From Ramazzottius varieornatus (Eukaryota; Animalia; Tardigrada), in assembly GCA_001949185.1 (NCBI GenBank), contig BDGG01000002.1, positions 4,888,448 to 4,952,447 of the forward strand: 64,000 nucleotides of DNA, in the 5' to 3' direction. Position numbers and translations under genes: made by a program. Positions within the stretch are counted from its first letter, which is position 1. Each line of letters starts with the position of its first letter. The notes below the pieces were generated by a model. The model did not search any database. It was given only the letters and a program-made list of their open reading frames with translations, and was not told where the DNA came from. Shown in pieces: positions 11,933 through 28,034 of the stretch.

Positions 11933-14900
11933 TTAAACTTGTACCGAGTTGTCCTGCGAAAGCCACCGGGACATGCCCAGCTTGAAACATTCAACCACAA
12001 TAATCAGAAAGCACAACATCATAGGTCCGATGACGGCTCCTTCTATACCCAGAGTGACCAGACCTCCGGCGACCGAAAGTCCAAAGATGAAAGGGTTTGC
12101 TCTGCAAAAACGACGACAGCAAGTTAACAACTCCAAATGCTCATTGAGGAATGAAACACAATGACTCCGTGAACAGCAGCAATACGTACGCTTTAACGTC
12201 TCCATAGATAGCTGCATCGACGAAAAGTTTAGGCAGATACGCCCCGGCGCAAAGAATGACCATCGTGACGTAGTGGCCTCGTATCCACAGGTCGAGCGCG
12301 ACCTACGACATCACAATCAGTCATAGCCATGACAAGGAAACCTCGAGAGAGTTGCCTACCGGTATGCAGACCACATAGGATGGTAATATGGGGCAGACCG
12401 CAAAAAGGGCGGCCAGAACCGACGGAATAAACCTAACGTATATTCCGCAGAACGTGAAGAGAATCCAAGTATAAAAGCCGTAGAAAATTCCTATCTTCAG
12501 GGAAACGGCAAATATCCCGCTGAAAAAGAAGTGTGAAGCTACAGTTACGACCTCCAAAATTGTATCAAAATTGTACTATGTTAGCAAGGTTCCAAATATT
12601 CGTACCTGACCGAGTCTTCCACGATCGACGCAAAGGCATCAGCGCCCGCGTAGTATCGCGAAGCTGAGCTGATCAGCTCAACAGGCCGGTAACGTTTTCC
12701 ACTTGATGACAGGAGATAAAACAACGTGGTAAGGTAGACAACCTGTAAAATGATCAACAACGACCTTGAGCGGCAGAAGTGGACATCCAAGGACCGGGAA
12801 GAACACTGCAAGTCGCGGCCTCTACTTACGGTTCGCAGGATGAAGTTCAAAAAAGCCGAAAAATATGTAACAGCGACAGACACCAGTGTTGTGAACAGCG
12901 ACATGATCAGTGTGATGTTTCCCTTGAGGACCACCCATACTGATTGCAGTACCTGGAATTGAAATATACTCAGCTTCGTACTTCCTTATACCTTCACGTG
13001 GTGGGAAGCGGACGTACCGACGTGAAGGTATCGATGTGGGTTTTCATGAACAGCTGTATTTGCCCAAAATCAAGGAATTGAGTTATGGCTTGAAAATCGA
13101 AATCCCCGAATGACAGCTGGGAAGAATTTCCGGCACCACCTCCGAGCAAGCTCATGACCAGGTTCTGGTTTGAACCTTCACCAGCTAGCCACTTGAGACT
13201 TTCGCTGGACACCAAACTTCGGAAAGGAACCAGGCCTTTTTCTTCGGCGACCGAACCGTTGTGGTCCGTAGTGCTATTATAAGCAACGTAATACTCGTAG
13301 AAGCGATCGGCTATTGTTACTAGGTTTGTTTCTATTTCGGCGACCCGCGTCCCATTGGTATCCGAAATGGTCGATCGAACCTACAAGAAACACGAGTATG
13401 CTCAGCATGGATTATGGATAGGAGAAGAGTCTTTACTGCACTTACAGCACCAATTGTCCAATCTCGAGCATAAACGTAGGCAGAATTCAGTCCCGTTTGA
13501 AAGTGTTCTTTCAAGTCCTTCGCTTCAGGTAGCCATTCATAAAATTCCGGATGGGCTTCCAGAACATCGTCGAAGACCTTCCCAGACGCTCCAACCAGGT
13601 ACCGGGTTTCCTGTTCAACTTGAAACATGGTGATCACTCCGCCAGTGAAGGCCACGACAAACATCAGCACAATAAGAAGGGCGGATACAGTTTCGTCTGT
13701 CAATCCTTCTATGGCCGATAATATCTGAAAAGCACCTGCAGTCCCCGTTCACAAGACTATGACTGGCTCAAGGCGATATGTACCTTCCTGTCACCCAGTC
13801 TTGCGTATGTTAGTAGAGACCTCACGAAGGCTGGTGCAACCACTTCTGCCCTGTCGCCCACCCACGGTCGAAGCTGAGCCTTCAATTCTGATATCCGTGC
13901 TTTCACCGTGTTTTGGATGGGGGGTTTCCGAAGTTGCACCTTCAGTCACAAAGTGATACTTAATTACCGTACCGTTCGGATACAACCAGTTCCGAGAGCC
14001 TGGTGATGGATGTCACGACTTCGGCAATCTCGACAAGTTCTCACCTTGATGACGCGGTATGTGACAGGGAGAACCAACAGGGGTATAATGTAATAGGATG
14101 TCAAAGCCTCCAGCAGCACAAACATCCAAAATACGTAAACGAGATAACGAGTGCCTTCGGAACTGTTGGCGGTTATCCCCAGTTCTTTCAACTTGCTGAG
14201 GATAATCTCCATGTCTCCCGTATCGCTGTGGCTGGTCGGAGTCGTCAGTGCTTCATCGGCAAGTACTTCCGCCACATTCCGGTACGAAGACTTTAGAATG
14301 GTCTCGACTGAATTGTAGTGTCCGGTAAACAGTGACATAAGCTCTGCTCGGTTCCTGGATGGAGAAATTGGCCGTGGACTGTTACACTCTGCTTCGTCCA
14401 GGTTTCCAGCTGGAACGATCGGTGTCGGTCGAAGTCGCGTGGTATCGTCCTCGACCACCACAGCACGCTTTACGGTGGTACTCGTTGCCGTGCCATTCGA
14501 CATCACACTTTCGTTCTTGTCGATGGCGGTCGCTTTGCCTTTCGCAGCGGAGAAATACCCGATCGCCACAGTGAGAACCGCGAAAAGTAAAACCGGAAGA
14601 CCTAGGTCTCCGAGGACGTAGTACACGTAAAACCCAATGAGAACCCAGAAGGGAATCGCCGCAATTGCCAACTGAATACGGTACATCGGGCTGGAGGTCC
14701 ACAATAGGTGTAAAGCCACAACATATGGGATTATAATGAGCCATACCTGGAAATCACAGAAGCCATCTCAGGAATGCATAGTCGAAACTCGTGAACGGAC
14801 CAGTTGGGTTATGGGTTACCGTGCTGGAAATGCATCCTCTAGGGTGGTCATCTGACGTCAAGCAGCATTGACTAACGTTTTAAGACCACGTGACCGCCTG

Positions 14901-15611
14901 AAGGGATGCATTTTCAACACTGTAGTACAGTATATTAGTTAATGTTCTAACTATATGGGTGCTAATGGCAGTGGCGGTTCCCAAGATAAATTTGAAGAGC
15001 GTTCCCACAAATCCCAGGTACGGCGTCAGCCAAAAGTACAGTAAGAAGTACGCTGCAATGCCGAGCACGGTGTATAGAAGTTTCTTGCCGTAGTTCCGGA
15101 AAAAGTCTACGAGTTCTGCTCCGACATAGTCCAACCTTCAACCCAAAATGGAAAATTACTGTCTTTCACGGATCGGCCAGTCAAGTTTCTATACCCTTTA
15201 TCTAACAGCTTGAAAGGGATCAAAGCTATCCCCAGCAGGATAGGTGTCGACGTAGTTTGTAGTCCGCGGAGGAAATCTTTCACAACTTCTACCAAGAAGA
15301 GCTACAGGAAAACATCCGAGTAACGAACACGGAAGTTGATGTCATTACTGTGTCAGTTGACTCACCTTGAACGGATAGAGAAACGTCCCAGTCAGTAGGG
15401 CCCAAACTAAAGGCTGGACAAAAGTCTCCAGTACAAGATACACTTCATATCCGGCTACAAAGAGAAGACCCAGACAGCAATGCGCAGCGGCAGTGAAACC
15501 AGCAATTCGGAATGCGAAATCCGTCCGCGAATCCGGCGTCCCCGACACGTCATTTCCACTAGTTACTGCAGACTTCGTTCGAGCCGCGGTGCTTCTGTTT
15601 GTCGAAGACAT
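11933..15611 (-). CDS. TMEM245: Transmembrane protein 245
   Basis: N-terminal VYLVLETFVQPLVWALLTGTFLYPFK; VYLTTLFYLLSSS; SLKIGIFYGFYTW; C-terminal FGLSVAGGLVTLGIEGAVIGPMMLC. Confidence 0.9.
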
Positions 15612-16967
15612 CCTTCTTGACAACGATTCCCCTCTTCCTTTAGGTGGCTCGGACTGCACCGACGATATAAGGTCCCCGGGAGACACTTTACCTTCGCACC
15701 AACTAATCCATTGTTGTCGTTTCCACAATAGCGCTAATTTATTGCAGAGACATGTCTGAATCCACTGAACAGCATCGCTCTAGGGTTCTGGCAGCATGAT
15801 GTTGGCATGATCCCAAGCAGCTAGCGAACAATCTGTGGAAAGGGTATACTTAGGCGAGCAGTGCAGGTCTTCGATTTAAGAAATGCTCACCAGTGTTGTT
15901 CAACTCAATACCGGAACCGACGCAGCAGTGAACATCCCCAAGGCACAAGCTTCTTGGTCTGCAGTGTTAAAGGCTTGAAGCATATTCCAACTTTCGAGCA
16001 AGTTACGTAACGCTCACTCGGCCTTTAATACTATAGTCTGGGTGGTGTTCTGCAGATGCGGCGGGACGAGGTTCCACTTTCGGGCTTTTCATCGCTAGAC
16101 GCTGCCTGTTATAACATGGCGCTTATTTGCAGAGGAGGCAACAAGAATATGAACGACAACTCTGAACGCTCACTGTGAACTGATCAGTTGAGCCCTGTGA
16201 TCTGTGCTGTACCACTTTCGCACCTCCAGTTCCCGGGGACCCACGATATAACGGTTATCCGAATCGAGTTACGACGAAGTTCAGAAAACACAAATTCCGA
16301 ATAGGTGCTTTACTAAACACAGAACACAAAACGAAAGATTGGCACATTGTTAGGCCGATGCAGCAGAAATGATAATTGTGATGTTCGAGTAGTACAATCC
16401 CCGCAAACCGGAAACTGCAGATTCCAGATAGCGCATCTCAGGTTCCAGCGGACAGAAGAACGGAAGCACTAATACGCAAGTATCCCAAGACAACCCACAT
16501 GTCTTACATGACTGTGTGACTGTATGACATCACAAGCCTTACGACACATCGTTGACACACATCGTTAGTCATGTTAAAGGTTCAGTTGGTGTTTCTTTTT
16601 CGCCGGTTTTGTTGTTCTTTCCTTAGAACGTTTCCGTCAAGCTTAATTAGCTGATAGACGGGTGATTTCTTCTAGACACGTCGTGACCACGGACGCACGG
16701 AGACAGCTACGCTGAGGGAGGTGTGAGCTAGTTGCTCCGAGGAGCGATTGTATGTAGTATAACTTGGACGTCGCGGAGGATGCTCTGGCTTATTGGCAAC
16801 AGGTAAGACAATCCTTACGATATTACGTTTGGGATTACAACCCCGCACTCGGAAGTCAGAACATCTCGTGACGTCTTTGCTTTCCGTAGCTTGATCAACA
16901 ACGACAACCGCAAAGCTGCGGAGCGCAGGATCCCTCAGGTCGCGTGTTAACGTGCAGCAGCGACGGG

Positions 16968-19279
16968 ATGGCGGTGACGAAATCCACGGATGATCAACCA
17001 TCAAGGCCATCAGAAGCATCGCGCCACGCTGATACGGTACGATGGGATGCAGAGAAAGCGATGCTGTCAACGCCGGTGGAGACAAAGCTCGCGAACGATG
17101 TTCCGGATTTATCCTTCTCGTCGCTTCACAACTTGGATCCATCGTTAAAAGAGAAGCTCTCTGCCGAGCATTATTTCAAAGAAGAACCATATGGATGGGT
17201 GGTCGTTTTCGCCGTGTTTATGATCTCCGTCATCGTCGACGGACTAACATACTCTTTCGGGGAGTTGTACCCTGTGTTCCGCGAGAAGTTCGGCGGTCAT
17301 CCTGTGCTCACCTCCATGGTGCTCTCCATTCTGGTCGGCGTTACATATGGATGTGGTAAGGTGGTCTGTCCACGGTGGATACTCCTGACTGGACTATTCA
17401 CAATGATCCATGTTCTTATCGGTGTTTATGTTTATAGGTCCCGTGGCTAGCTGGCTCTGTGAGAAACTCGGACTGCGGGTCGTGGCAGTAGCAGGATCGA
17501 TCATGGCTGCGTTAGGATGCTTGCTAAGTCTCGCCGCAACAGAGATCTGGCATATTGCGATCTGCTACGGCGCTTTGACAGGTGAAAAATATTGGGATGT
17601 CAGGACATTATGTGAGCTCGGCAAACAAACTCAACTAAAATGTTTTCTCAAATGGCGGGCGTTCTCAGTGGTGTTGGCGACACTTGGGGAACCATCGTTT
17701 TCTCAAGTGGCGCACGTTTTCATGGTATTGGCTGAAAGCATGCGCCACTTGGGTAAACGTTCTAACCGAGGTTTTTTGTCCAGTTCCGAAATAGTTTTCT
17801 AGGTCGTGGAAGTCGCAAAGGTTTACTGTGCTTCATTTCGCTATTCGTTTTACTTCGCAGGTCTTGGATTCGGCTTCATGTACTTGTCCGCGATCGTCAG
17901 TGTCTCGTCCTGGTTCGAAGAACATCGTGCTTTGGCAACCTCGGTAGGAAAGTCTAAGCCAAAGCTTACTAAATTTATTCGCAGAGGTATCCTCTAGTCA
18001 TACATGGATGTTGTCTCTAGATCGCAGTTTGTGGAAGTGGAGTCGGAACATTTATCTTCGCCCCTATAACCACCTTTCTACTCGAATACTACGGTTTCTA
18101 CGGTTGCCTCTTCTTTATGGCTGCCATCGTTCTCAATGGAGCAGTTTTCGGTATGCTGCTTCGTCCTCCCCCGAGTCGCCACCATCATCAAAAGACGATC
18201 AAAGAGAAGCTTCTGCAGTCGGAAATGGAAGCAGCGCACAAGCGCTTACGTCGCTGGATCCGGGATGAGATCGACTGGGAGCTCTTGACCAACGGCACTT
18301 TCCTGCTGTATTGTACTAGCTCCTTCTTGGGCGGCGTTAGCTGTTATGTTCCTTATATGTACCTGTCCGATCGCGCCGTGCACGAAACGGGAATGGTTAG
18401 ACAGCACGCGTCCTTCCTAATCTCCATCGTGGGGATAGCCAGCATCGTTGGCAGACTGAGTGCGGGAATACTCAGCAACCAGAAGATTGCAGACAATTTG
18501 ATACTTTACAGGTAAAAATATTCCGTAGCACAAGAAATCAAATTCCTTCTTCGAAATGTTCAGTCTTTTCTTAGTTATTCTCAGTACTCGGTTTTTTATT
18601 ATTTACAGTCTTTCGTGTCTTGTGGCGGGCTTGGCCACCGCCTTCTCAGTCCATGCAGCTTCATACGTCGCTTACGCTTTCTACGCTGCGATCTTCGGGT
18701 TTACTGGTGGTAAGCGCTTTCTTTGACTGGCAGGCGTTGTGCTTAGTCTACCAATGTTCTGAAAAGACAGAAATGGTCCAAAAAACGAATTCTTGAGTTT
18801 CTTTGACAGGTGTCATAATAGCGCTACAATCAGGTAAGCTGCTTTTCATTGGAAATGGTATGCTGGAAACAGGACTAAAAGTGTTTTCATGTCAATTCTT
18901 TAAGTGGTTCTGGCGGACATTGTTGGGGTTGACAGAATATCCAGTGCCTTCGGCGCGCTCTTATTCGTACAAGGAATTTCAGTCTTTGTTGGTCCGCCTC
19001 TTGCAGGTACTTACTGCTAGAAGATTACGATCAGTATTTACTCTGTCGCACCAGAAAGTCCTAGGGCTATAGTACAGTCGTTTACGGTTCATCTTTTGTC
19101 CAGGTTACCTTGTTTTGAACGCGGAAGATAACGGTATCCAAGTGGAGAAGTACCACCTGTGTTTCATTGTGATGGGTGGTGTCATGTGCTGGAGCGGACT
19201 GCAAATTCTACTGATCCCTTTGTTGAGGCGTATGAAAGTTCTGTCGAAATACCGCCTGCGTCGAAGCAGTCAAGCTTAA
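16968..19279 (+). CDS. Monocarboxylate transporter family (SLC16, MFS), copy 1
   Basis: YGWVVVFAVFMISVIVDGLTYSFG, GLGFGFMYLSAIVSVSSWFEEHRALATSIAVCGSGVG, GIASIVGRL, LVGPPLAG; includes a 24-nt microexon at 18810-18833. Confidence 0.92.
17701..17755. repeat. Intronic palindromic repeat, copy 2
   Basis: tctcaagtggcgcacg...catgcgccacttgggta inside an enlarged MCT intron; an extra half-arm (gcgacacttggg) lies just upstream. Confidence 0.7.
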
Positions 19280-19615
19280 TTTTGCTGAACCTCGCAGCTG
19301 TTTGACAAGAACTCCCGGCAACTTACTCACTCGCTCTTACTGTAATTTATTGTTTGTTGTTACTTCTTGTTGAATTTTGGCATCTTTAAGTCCCGCAGTC
19401 TGACTGAAGGCTTCTGTTCCCTTCAAAAGTAAAATCTGATATCAAAAGATAAAAAAAGGATATTGTCACTGCAGAAAAACATTACACGTCACGAAGAAGG
19501 TTCATCAATCATTGATCACAAGGCCAAAAGTAGGAACAACAAAATACTAGGCACTATGACAAAAATCAAAGCAAGGCATACATCGTACAGTATCTCAGAA
19601 TAAAACTTCAGAAGA

Positions 19616-22600
19616 TTATTCCTTCCATTCGTCAGATTGGTTGGAAGCCATCGTGGTCTTCAGCTCATTCCTCAAGGACTGTAAAACGCCGGCGAAGCGG
19701 GGGTCGTTCATCATCGGTGCGGCGTACGCTGGCGGTGGAACTTGTTTCGGAACTGACTGCTCACGGCGACTGGTCTTGGGACTACCGACTCCTTCGGTGA
19801 ACGTGTCATGTCGAGCTGGTTTGTGCAGAATTGTCTGGACGGACTGCATGAACATCTTGAGCATCTCGATGTACCCGTGGATTTGGAACTCTCCGGGGTC
19901 TTCCATCAAGTAGGCGGCTAGGTTCTGGACGTCTTGCACAACTCGCGACACCGCGGTGTTGGCTGAGTTCACCCGACCTTTCACAGTCTAAAAAATCAGA
20001 TGAAGGACTGCTAGATACAAATCTGTCGTTCTTCGAAGATAACCCACCTGTAAGAGCTTGAAAAGACCGCTTTGACCATCTCCGGACATTTCTTGGATTT
20101 CTTCCCTTAGCTGGCCTGCACAAGAGGAGAGAAGATCCATCGTCCTGAATGTCAACTGTCTCGCCTTGCATCGTTCTTATGACTGGAGCTACGTGATTAC
20201 GAACGCAGGCGGAAGAAGGGCTGTGCCACTTACCGTATTTGATTTTGGCTGCAATAACTTCGGCTTTCATCTGGTTCAACGGTGTTTCAGCCATTGTGAG
20301 GAGCGGCTCGAATTCCTCAAGGAAATGCAACATCATAGGATCGTCCTCCTGAACTCGTTCAACGAGGAAGTGCAGGAGGGAAACGCCCGGTTGGTTACTG
20401 CCGACCTCGCTCAGCTTCGGCAGGATCGTCGTATCAAAAGCCACAGCAGCGCCAATAGCTCGTCCCTAAAAGAGAAGACACCTTCGGTATCTGTTGCAGA
20501 GCACGGTGCCAAAGAAGACTTCCGCTTACCTCATTCATCTTGTTTCCGACTTTCAGGACCAGCTGAAGAAACTTTCTGAATCCATCGGACGAGCGAATGA
20601 TTTCACACGTCTTGCCGATGTCGTCGCAGTTGTGAAGAATGGATCGAGCGGTGACCGGAAATGACGTCACCAAGTGCATCACCTCGAGTCGTAGCTTTAG
20701 GTGATCTACCGCCAGAAGGCTCAACAGAAAGGTCTCCGCCGGTTTCAGCGGCTCCTGGCTACTTTTCAGGTTCTCTATTTGGTGAAACTACGAACCACCA
20801 CCATGGTTTCATGTTATAGAGAAGTGCAGTGATTCGTAAACAAAACAGACATACCTCTTGATCACTTGGTATAGCCGCCATCAGTTCCTTCAGCTGACTC
20901 TCATCGAAGTCATCCACCGCTAGACTTTGAATTCGCTGCGCAAGTTCTTCCGGTTCTACGAGATACATATGACAACGAAAGATTCTTGGCTGTTGCAGAG
21001 CGTATATTACGCTTGCAAGTACCTGTATCAACAACATACGAAGTCGTGCTTACCAATATCAGGGAACTGCTTGAGGATCACATTGATATGGAGCTCGGTT
21101 TGAGGACTGATGATCGAGTTCTACGACACAAAATCTATACATTCCTTGTTGAGCATGATACTAAACTGCTGTACGATCCAGATTTAACACGTCCGCCGAA
21201 ACTTACAATAGCGTCCCCGGTAGTGTTATGATGGCCTGCGTCCACTTGGTACTTTCCGCTGTTCTTCTCAAGATGGAACAGTTCGTCCAGATTCGAAGTA
21301 TCGACGGACACATCCACCACGTCCCAGACAGTCCCCTCGACTACAAAAAACACTACAATGAAAGAAACTCCGTTATTCGTTAGTCGGCCTATGTCGACCT
21401 CACTCACCAACATCGGGTGTGGTATCGAGCTTTGTCCAACGCAGCGGTTTCATATGTGACCGAGGGACGCCGGCAGCGACCATCAGACCATTCGGGAGCA
21501 TCTCCATGGGAGGTGGTGGCGGTGGCGCAGGCGGGACGACGCCTGATGGAGGGCTAGTAACTTCCACTTCCGTTGCCTTCTGCTGGCCAGCTGCTGAAGG
21601 TGACGATGCAACCTCGAGATTCACATCACCAGACACATTTGACTGTTGTCTATCTATGTGGTTCTTCGCGCTGATTGCAGCAGCGGCACCGGCGATGAAC
21701 TGGTCAAAAGTGACCACGGACGGTGGCGAAGTAAGACTGACCGGTAGATTCGGCGTGTTAGATGCCTTTTCTGAGACAGAGGGCTTGACCTCGAGCTTCT
21801 CCAGGCTTTCCGACGTTTGTGTCGTGATCGCCACCGAATGAGACTCTAACTCGTCTATGTTAGCTTGATCGGCCGGTGTTGTTTCTTCCGCTTTGGCTGA
21901 ATTAACAGCAGCTGGTACGGATGTTTGTGTTTCGAGGACGATTGTTTCCACCATAGATACCTGTGGTTGAATCTTCGGAGCAGTGTTGGGTTCTGGCCCG
22001 AGTTGAAGAACGTATTCTGAGCCATCTTTGCTAGCTGCTTCCACCCCGGAAGAAGAACTAGGAGCTTGCGACTTCATGGCCGGCGCAGGAACGATGGTAT
22101 GGCTGGTGTCGAGTTTATCCAGCCAGACCAGTATCTTGTCGCTGAAAATATCAACAACAGCCACGTACAAGACAGGTTGAAGGTTTCGAGGACAGAAATA
22201 AGCATTAAACATGTGGGAGGAAAAGGAAGAACACATTTAGGTATGAGGCAGCGGACACGAACCAAGAATCGAACCTCGATCGTTCCGCTTCTTCGAGGAT
22301 CTCCACCGCTCGGTTAATTTGTGGCGTGCAGTCGCGAGTCGATGGTTCTTTGAGCGTGGGCTGTATAACAGAAGTCAAGGTTATTTATTGCTGCAATTAG
22401 CGGTATGAAGTGTCAGTAAAACTAATGTATGGTATGCTGGATACTATGTCGAGCCTCTCGTTATGCGATTACCAGTTCTGACTTTCGGCTGCGTTTCTCT
22501 TCCAGCCAGTTCTTCCTCGAAACATCCACCAGGGAGGTGAGGAGTTTTGATCCCTGAATCTGGTGTCGTAGATGGCTTTCGATGAAGAACCCGTTACCTC

Positions 22601-23438
22601 CAGCAAATAGCACCGCCATGAGAGCCAGAGGCGGAATCAGGAACTCCAGCCGGTGTTCGGTAGACTGGGTCTGTTGAGCAGATTCGTCAGTCGTCGCGGC
22701 TATTTCCTCCGCGATGTATTGGAACATTCCGCCTGGGCGCTCTCGCTGCAACAGGTTCGCTGTCTTATATACCAGAACATACCCTTCGTACGAATACATG
22801 CCGAGCATGACCAGCAGAAGGTAGACATGGTGTCGCATAACGGCGGACTCCTTGACACCTGGGCAAGACAGAAAAATGGATGTAAATAATGGCTCGAATT
22901 TTAACGTTATAATGCATCCCCCGAAGGAACCATCTGTAAGTTCGTCATCGAACGAGGAAGTATATACCTGCCGCCAATTGACGAATAGCTATCGAAGGAT
23001 TCGCCAATATCGCATCGAAAAATTTCTTGTTGCCAAAGAAGGCATCGTTAAGAAATCTTTGCGCCTCTGTCGATGTCGCATTTAGAAGGGATAAAAGGCC
23101 GTTCCTGGATACCAGGATGGAGAACCATTCCTGGCTTGCTCTGCTGACGGTCCGCTCGAGTTCTGTGAAGTGGAAATTATGGAACAGTGCGGAATATCGT
23201 GACATAAGATAAGGTTTCATGGTTATGACTATGAGTTATACGTACCGCTGGTGTCTACTGTAAAAGGGCTAGCCGACGACAGCTTGCGGAAATTCTCCAG
23301 GAAGGTATCGACGCTGGTGATTCCTTTGTCTTCGACGGGCTTGTCCGGATTTTCCAAGTCATCCTCGTCATCAGTCGTACCAAAAGGAATTATCCTCCGT
23401 ACCACAGCCTTGCCAATCTTGAATATCGAGTGAATCAT
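19616..23438 (-). CDS. Formin, INF2-like (DID/FH3, short FH1, FH2), divergent
   Basis: DID-like ELERTVSRASQEWFSILVSRNGLLSLL and HVYLLLVMLGMYSYEG; FH1 PPAPPPPPP; FH2 MKPLRWTKL, GTVW, HINVILKQF, FLQLVLKVGNKMN, SLLHFLVE. Start codon is tentative. Confidence 0.85.
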
Positions 23439-24528
23439 GTTTCGTACCAGACATGGACGAGGAAAGTAGAGGTGAACTTCTACCTCCAAGGGGGCGAGGA
23501 TCCAGAATTCCGATCCGTGAGATTCTGAGGAGAGTGGACCGTAAAATCTGGATTTCTGAACGGAAGAATGAAAGATCGCTTCGGTCTTCGGACAGGATCA
23601 AGGGTGCCAATGGACAGTATGACATGACACCGGACATGACAATGTAACAGCAGACGTGTAATCTGATGACCTTGAAGGGCTGTAGGGAGGTAGACCGGGA
23701 TGCGAGCTGGTCGGGACCAGAGAGCTGTGTTGCTGTGTCTGGGCGCTCCCCGGTCAAACACCATTTCCCCCAGGGTCCATCCAGGGTTGTGCCTTGTGAA
23801 ATTTTCAGCGTGATCATGAATCATGACATCATGAGTTCGCACAGGCAAAGCTGCTAAACTCGTGCAGCCAGCAGTCGTGCTAAACTTGTTCCATCCAACC
23901 ACTTCACTTTTGCTCTTACCACCCATCTTATAGCTTTACCGTTATAGTTCACCGCAGCGATCCGAAAGCTGCGACCTCGACACTGATCTTGCTATTCGCC
24001 TTGGGTGTGGAGAACGGAGACCGAAACTCAAAATAGATCTTTGGAGGACGAGCCGTAGTAGCTGTGACAGAGCGAGATGGTGAGTGACTAACCCGTGGAT
24101 AAACAATAATTCTGTTTACGTTTGAAGTCACGAGAGCACTGTAGTGAAGACGCTTTCTAGATTGGCAACTTCTTGGGCCTATGGTAACGTCTTGAGAAGT
24201 TACAGAATACCCTAAAGCATTGTTCGGCGAGGTGCAATGTGGAAGGTAGTTTTGGAATGCGGTACAAGTTGCAAGCTTCTTCATTGACGATAATTTATCC
24301 GAGTTTTTAATATTTGCTTGCGCCAATGTGGGCAAACGCATCCGATGCAATGCTGAGTGCGGTTGACATCGTCAAAAAGCATGTTGGCGATCGTAAAAGC
24401 AGCCCCAGTCCTAATCGTCATACTCTGCTAAAGTCTGCATTGCTAAAGGTTGCCTGACATGACAGTTTCTTAATTGAGGAAGAGCGCGCAGGTGATGTAT
24501 CTGATTTTAAGTACGGTTTGTTTTTCAG

Positions 24529-27471
<2,943 letters not shown>

Positions 27472-28034
27472 GTTTAATTTTTAACTACTTTTACCCGTCT
27501 GCGGACATATCACTGTCCCTCTATAATCCACATTTTGTCAGTCGACACTGCCGATTGCCCTGTAATTTACCGCTAATTTGTACAGTAATTTGTACAGTAA
27601 ATCCGGTGGTGCGTTGTAGACAATGCTTCTTTTACTCATACATTGTGGTCACTAGATCTACCAAGGATCCATTTTGTACATGCTCTAATGGTCTGGCTAG
27701 TCTGTAACGGTTTTCAGTTCTTCCATCATCCCAATAAAACTTTGTGCATTTTCGCATATCTTGGCTTTTTAATGGTCAAATTAAGTTCAAAAAGTTATGG
27801 CCAAGAAATACACATCCTTCCAACAAAGCAGCAAAAGCTGTCTCAGGATACGGAGACATAGAAGCGAGCTAAAATTGTGCAAACAACAAGAGAGTTCGCT
27901 AAGGTATACCGTAAGGAAACAACGCTAAATAAGCAGGATGGAGGAAAATACTGAATGCGAGCGATCGAAAATGGGTAAAGACTGCGGAAAGGAGAACGAC
28001 TTTGAAGAACTGTTATTGGACTACTTCTTCGTCT

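Noticed and set aside
23480-24350. ORFs 23480-23926 and 23949-24350 as separate genes
   Set aside because: No recognisable motifs; they lie in the formin/AMPK divergent promoter and 5' UTR region. An extra formin 5' exon cannot be excluded.
27574-27600. Tandem taatttgtacag duplication in the AMPK 3' UTR
   Set aside because: Two copies only; ordinary slippage.
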